Made by a program: the position numbers and the translations under genes. Below are positions 27,846 to 32,000 of a DNA stretch of 32,000 nucleotides, in pieces (positions within the stretch are counted from its first letter, which is position 1; every line of letters starts with the position of its first letter). The notes under the pieces are model-generated. The model was not told the origin of the DNA. It did not search any database and saw nothing but the letters and a program-made list of their open reading frames with translations. This DNA is from Synechocystis sp. PCC 6803 substr. PCC-P (GTDB taxonomy: Bacteria; Cyanobacteriota; Cyanobacteriia; Cyanobacteriales; Microcystaceae). The stretch is taken from positions 2,040,001 through 2,072,000 of the forward strand of contig NC_017039.1 of NCBI RefSeq assembly GCF_000284455.1, given 5' to 3'.

Positions 27846-28718
27846 GTGGCAACTTCTAGGACACAACGGGATGTTTGGGTTTATGTCGGCATTGGGGCCA
27901 TGGTCAGTGCCTTGGTGTTATTTTCCTTGGTGCCTCTGGTGATGGGTTTGTGGCAACCCCGTCCCGCTGCGGATGGAGTCGTCAATGGGGGCACACCTCT
28001 AGAAAGTCAGGCGTTGGGCTATCAGTTAGTGCTGGAAAGGGAGCCGGATAATGTCAATGCTCTCCAAGGTTTGCTAGAAATTCGCCTGCAACAAAAAAAT
28101 CTGGCAGCGGCGATCGCCCCTCTCGAGCGGTTGGGACAGATTAGAACGGATCAGGTGCAGTACCGTATTCTGTTGGCCCAGCTTAAGACCCAACTGGAGG
28201 ACAATGCGGGGGCGGCAAAGGTTTACCGAGAAATCCTGACTCAATCCCCCCATAACATCCAAGCTTTGAAAGGTCTAAGTGGACTTTATGCCCAACAGGA
28301 ACGCCCCGCTGAAGCGGTGGCCATTGTGCAAAATGCCATCACCCAGGCGATCAAAGCCCAAACCGGAGCCCCTGGCACTGTTCCCCCCGACCAACTCACT
28401 TCCTTACAACTTCTGCTGGGGGAAATTTACCTCAGTCAAAATCGCCCCGACCAGGCGATCGCCATTTATGAAGCCGCTAGCAAAGTCAACGGCAATGATT
28501 TTCGTCCCGTCCTAGCCCAGGCCCAGGTCATGGCCCAAACTGGCAAAGTTAAGGAGGCCGACCCTTTTTTCCAGCAGGCAATTATGCTGGCTCCAGTGCA
28601 GTATAAGGACCCGATAAAAAACATTGCCCTCCAGGTGACCAACCAGGCTTTGGCCAATCAGAATGGAGCCCCCGAAACCAGTATCCCTTCCCCCGCCCCC
28701 ATCCTCAAGTCAGAATAA
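27846..28718 (+). CDS. Membrane-anchored TPR-repeat protein
   Basis: 290 aa with a GTG start. An N-terminal TM helix (VWVYVGIGAMVSALVLFSLVPLVMGLW) is followed by several 34-aa TPR-like repeats (e.g. ALQGLLEIRLQQKNLAAAIAPLERL, AAKVYREILTQSPHNIQALKGLSGLYAQQ). Confidence 0.75.
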   Translation: MATSRTQRDVWVYVGIGAMVSALVLFSLVPLVMGLWQPRPAADGVVNGGTPLESQALGYQLVLEREPDNVNALQGLLEIRLQQKNLAAAIAPLERLGQIRTDQVQYRILLAQLKTQLEDNAGAAKVYREILTQSPHNIQALKGLSGLYAQQERPAEAVAIVQNAITQAIKAQTGAPGTVPPDQLTSLQLLLGEIYLSQNRPDQAIAIYEAASKVNGNDFRPVLAQAQVMAQTGKVKEADPFFQQAIMLAPVQYKDPIKNIALQVTNQALANQNGAPETSIPSPAPILKSE

Positions 28719-28804
28719 AAGGAAGTCTTAGGGGGCCCTGGCCAACTGGTAGGATAGAAAAATTAACAAAATTTAGTAACAATCCAGGGAGGGAACCCTC
28801 AGTG

Positions 28805-29209
28805 ATGTCCTTTTTGAAAAATCAGTTGTCACGGCTGTTGGCCTTAATTTTGGTGGTGGCGATCGGTCTGACGGCCTGCGACAGCGGCACAGGACTCACC
28901 GGCAACTATAGCCAAGATACCCTGACGGTCATTGCCACCCTGCGGGAGGCCATCGATCTACCCCAGGATGCCCCCAATCGCCAAGAGGTGCAGGACACCG
29001 CCCGGGGCCAGATTAATGACTATATTTCCCGTTACCGTCGCAAAGGTGATGCCGGTGGGCTGAAATCCTTTACCACCATGCAAACGGCCCTCAACTCCCT
29101 GGCTGGATACTACACTTCCTACGGTGCCCGTCCCATTCCCGAAAAGCTGAAAAAACGCTTACAACTGGAATTTACCCAGGCAGAAAGATCCATTGAACGG
29201 GGCGTGTGA
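28805..29209 (+). CDS. psb27: Photosystem II assembly/repair lipoprotein Psb27
   Basis: ATG at 28805, one codon inside the track's GTG start and preceded by GGGAGGG. The lipobox is LTAC ([25 protein letters not shown]). The mature part, [19 protein letters not shown]...[16 protein letters not shown]...[16 protein letters not shown], is recognisably Psb27. Confidence 0.9.
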
Positions 29210-29901
29210 ACCATCCCGATTTCCCCCCCATCGGGGACCCCCAGTTAAAACTCGAAGCCCTCACCCATCGTTCCTATTGCAACGAACATCCTGGTACTCC
29301 TTCCTATGACCGGCTGGAATTTCTTGGGGATGCGGTGTTGGGTTTTGTGGTGGGGCGCATTCTTTTTGAACGTTATCCCCATTTTACTGAGGCAGAGTTA
29401 ACCCGTCTGCGGTCCCAGTTGGTTAATCAAAATCAGTTGGCCTATCTAGCGAGGTTTTTACACATTGCGCCGGAAATTCGCCTGAGCCAAAGTTTGGCCA
29501 GGGACGATGGACAATCCAGCCCTTCCATCCTGGCCGATGTTTTTGAATCATTGTTGGGGGCGGCTCTCCTGGATAGGGGTTTGACGGCGGTGGAAGATTT
29601 CATTCAAGAACTATTCGTTCCCATCCTAGAGCAGTGGGAAAAAAGCCAGGATGGGCGATCGCCAAAACTAGTGCCGACCATGGATGTAAAAAGCATGCTC
29701 CAGCAGTGGGCCTTGGCCAAAACTAAACAATTGCCAGAATATGAACTAATCAACACCAGTGGGCCACCCCATGCCCAGGAATTTACCTTTACCGTCAAAG
29801 TAGCGGGAAAAATCCATGGCCAAGGCTCTGGCCCCAGTAAGCAAATTGCCACCAAACAGGCAGCCCTAGAGGCATTGAAAAGTTTGGGGCTATTGCAATA
29901 A
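29206..29901 (+). CDS. rnc: Ribonuclease III (catalytic domain plus C-terminal dsRBD)
   Basis: 231 aa. The signature is ALTHRSY...[12 protein letters not shown], and the dsRBD is [40 protein letters not shown]...[14 protein letters not shown]. Its GTG start overlaps the psb27 stop (GTGA, 29206-29209). Confidence 0.9.
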
Positions 29902-29934
29902 GCAAAGCAGAATCCACACTGGTGGGGAGAAACG

Positions 29935-30714
29935 ATGGAACACGCCTTAATCGAACTGGATTGGGCCGACATTGGTTGGATGTTGGGACTCCTGGGCGCG
30001 GCGATCGCCCTTTTGCAATGGCAGGGGCTAAATCTGACGGGGCAATTACTGTGGGCCGGGGGACGCACCATTTTGCAACTGATTGTGGTGGGCTATTTTC
30101 TCGCAGTGGTTTTTTCCTTGGATAATCCCTGGGCAGTGTTGCTAGTGTTGGCGATTATGTTAACCATTGCCGCCGTGGTGGCCAGAAATCGCATTAATCC
30201 CCGCAGTAAATCCCTGTTTGGTTGGCTATGGCTTTCCTTGGGGGCCAGTACTGCCATCAGTTTGGGTTACGCCCTGGTGGTGATTATCCAGCCGCCCCAA
30301 TGGTATTCCCCTCAATATCTCATTCCCCTCACTGGCATGATTCTGGGACAAACCATGAACAGCGCTTCCTTAGCCGGTGAAAGATTAGCCAGTGCCATTC
30401 AGCAAAATCCCCGGGAAATTGAAACCCACCTTTGCTTAGGAGCTACCCCCGGCCAGGCGATCGCCAGTTATCGTAGGGCCGCTATCCGAGCCAGTCTGAT
30501 TCCCACTGTGAACCAAATGATGGTGGTGGGCTTGGTCAGTTTGCCGGGAATGTTAACCGGGCAAGTGTTAGCTGGGGGTGATCCCCTCAATGCCTCGGTC
30601 TATCAAATTTTGATTATGTTCTTAATTTTATTGACCAACACCCTTAGTACCATTGCAGTCACCGCCACGGTTTACCGTCAGTATTTCAATCAACATCAAC
30701 AACTTTTAGTGTAA
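29935..30714 (+). CDS. ABC-transporter permease of the UPF0014 / FetB (YbbM)-like family
   Basis: 259 aa with about 7 TM helices. The conserved segments IPLTGMILGQTMNSASLAGERL and IPTVNQMMVVGLVSLPGMLTGQ match my memory of the FetB/YbbM family. Confidence 0.7.
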   Translation: MEHALIELDWADIGWMLGLLGAAIALLQWQGLNLTGQLLWAGGRTILQLIVVGYFLAVVFSLDNPWAVLLVLAIMLTIAAVVARNRINPRSKSLFGWLWLSLGASTAISLGYALVVIIQPPQWYSPQYLIPLTGMILGQTMNSASLAGERLASAIQQNPREIETHLCLGATPGQAIASYRRAAIRASLIPTVNQMMVVGLVSLPGMLTGQVLAGGDPLNASVYQILIMFLILLTNTLSTIAVTATVYRQYFNQHQQLLV

Positions 30715-30987
30715 CCACGAATAGCCAGCTTTTTAAAAGCCCAAACCGGGCATCGAAAAATTAACTATTTTGTCTTTTGATCGGTACTAGGTTTTATCCC
30801 CAATTTGGGTCGTCATCATTCAAGGAATCCCCATTGTCCCCTGGGAAATTTTGCTATGATCTGCCTAGCTTTGCAGTCGAAAAACCCCAGTAATGTCTCT
30901 ACTTTTGCTGGTGTTCCCCGGAAGCCCAACGTCTGTTAAGGCTGATTTTTCTGCCGTCATTTCCCACACAAATTTTTTCACCCCTCT

Positions 30988-32000
30988 ATGACCGCTACCC
31001 TCTCCCGGGCCGCTTGGGCCAGCAATTTCAGCCAAAACGCAGTGGAATTTGACCGCACTGGATTGGAGCTGATCTCAGGACAAATTCCGGCGGAATTAAA
31101 GGGGAGTTTGTATCGCAATGGGCCGGGCCGCCTCAGTCGGGGTTCGGAAAAAGTCGGCCATTGGTTTGATGGGGATGGGGCGATTCTGGCGGTGCATTTT
31201 GGCGAAGGGCAAGCCCAAGGACTTTATCGTTACGTGCAAACCCAAGGTTACGCAGAGGAAGAAAAAGCAGGACGTTATCTTTACGGTAACTACGGCATGG
31301 TTGATCCTCAAGGGGTTTGGCATTACTGGAAAAGTTTGTTGACCCAGACCGATGTACTCAAAAATGCTTCTAATACCTCGGTAATGGCTCTGCCCGATCG
31401 CCTATGGACCCTGTGGGAAGCGGGGCATCCCTACGCTTTGGATCTAGAGAATTTAGCTACGTTGGGCACGGAGGATTTTGGCGGGGCTTTTCAACCGGGG
31501 CAACCTTTTTCCGCCCATCCTCTGCGGGATCCGGTCACGGGGGAAATTTTTAGTATTGGGGTGGATTTCCAATTTAACCTCAACCTTTACCGTCTAGACC
31601 GCCAGGGCAACTTGCTCAAGCACCGTCGTTTGAAACTGAGCCGCACTCCCTTCTGCCATAGTTTTTGCATGGCGGGGCGTTATCTGGTCCTGTTTTTACC
31701 CCCTATCACCCTCAATCAATTTTCTTTACTGTTGGGTAATGTGGCCTATGCCGATGCTCTGGGTTGGGATGCCCAAGGGGGAACAAAGATTGTGGTGTTC
31801 GATCGCCAAACGTTGGAAATTGTCAGTAAAGGGGAAACGGAATCCTGGTTCCAATGGCACTACGGCAACGGCTGTGAGTTGGACGATGGCAATGTGCGGC
31901 TCGATTTTGTTCGGTTCAACGATTTCGCCCAAACCAATGAATATTTGCGTGAAGTACCCACCGGAGCGGTGAAAACCTCCACGGATGGTCAACTATGGCA
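30988..32000 (+). CDS. Carotenoid/apocarotenoid cleavage oxygenase (RPE65/CCD family), N-terminal 337 codons (the gene continues right of the window)
   Basis: Absent from the ORF track because there is no stop in the window. My translation from the ATG at 30988 is MTATLSRAAWASNFSQNAVEFDRTGLELISGQIPAELKGSLYRNGPGRLSRGSEKVGHWFDGDGAILAVHFGEG...NTSVMALPDRLWTLWEAGHPYALD...FSAHPLRDPVTGEIF...CHSFCMAGRYLVLFLPP... It has the LYRNGPG, HWFDGDG and His-ligand motifs of the family. Confidence 0.85.
   Translation, partial: MTATLSRAAWASNFSQNAVEFDRTGLELISGQIPAELKGSLYRNGPGRLSRGSEKVGHWFDGDGAILAVHFGEGQAQGLYRYVQTQGYAEEEKAGRYLYGNYGMVDPQGVWHYWKSLLTQTDVLKNASNTSVMALPDRLWTLWEAGHPYALDLENLATLGTEDFGGAFQPGQPFSAHPLRDPVTGEIFSIGVDFQFNLNLYRLDRQGNLLKHRRLKLSRTPFCHSFCMAGRYLVLFLPPITLNQFSLLLGNVAYADALGWDAQGGTKIVVFDRQTLEIVSKGETESWFQWHYGNGCELDDGNVRLDFVRFNDFAQTNEYLREVPTGAVKTSTDGQLW

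Noticed and set aside
29604-30071. 155-aa minus-strand ORF
   Set aside because: It is antisense to the 3' part of rnc and the 5' part of the permease gene and spans their intergenic gap. Both sense genes have strong family motifs, so this is a shadow ORF.
31096-31992. Four track ORFs (31096-31323 minus, 31118-31342 plus, 31726-31992 minus, 31739-31972 plus)
   Set aside because: All lie inside the long open frame starting at 30988, which translates into a clear carotenoid oxygenase. They are antisense or out of frame to it.

Overview
This is a cyanobacterial chromosomal window, almost certainly Synechocystis sp. PCC 6803 or a very close relative. My manual scan found 29 perfect HIP1 octamers (GCGATCGC), about one per 1.1 kb. 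The gene set is also recognisable: petH with a CpcD-like N-domain, prk, psb27, clpB, smpB, rpoZ and a pilT paralogue. I support 28 protein-coding genes, two of them truncated by the window edges and absent from the ORF track, plus one tRNA-His(GUG). I saw no rRNA, CRISPR array, transposase, integrase or phage genes. Most of the window is ordinary housekeeping and photosynthesis content. Two parts look accessory. (i) 9.3-20.4 kb holds a tightly packed minus-strand five-gene cluster between smpB and clpB. It encodes a SAM methyltransferase, a 1168-aa and a 996-aa multi-module glycosyltransferase, an FkbM methyltransferase and a 608-aa polytopic membrane protein. The cluster is visibly AT-richer than its flanks, is compositionally mosaic inside one ORF, carries a G9/C9 homopolymer tract, and has no exporter or sugar-nucleotide genes. 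Its product is unknown, and it is the best candidate here for an undescribed glycoconjugate system. (ii) 2.1-5.4 kb holds a pilT paralogue with a Pro-rich N-terminal extension. Its stop lies 3 nt from a GT4 glycosyltransferase gene, which is followed by a PglC-like phosphoglycosyl transferase gene. Other points worth a look are an internal GTG start in clpB, the internal Met113 start in petH, a 4-nt psb27/rnc overlap, and repeat or palindrome motifs in two long divergent intergenic regions. All identifications rest on reading translated sequence and motifs. No database search was possible, and the GC values are hand counts of sampled 60-nt lines.
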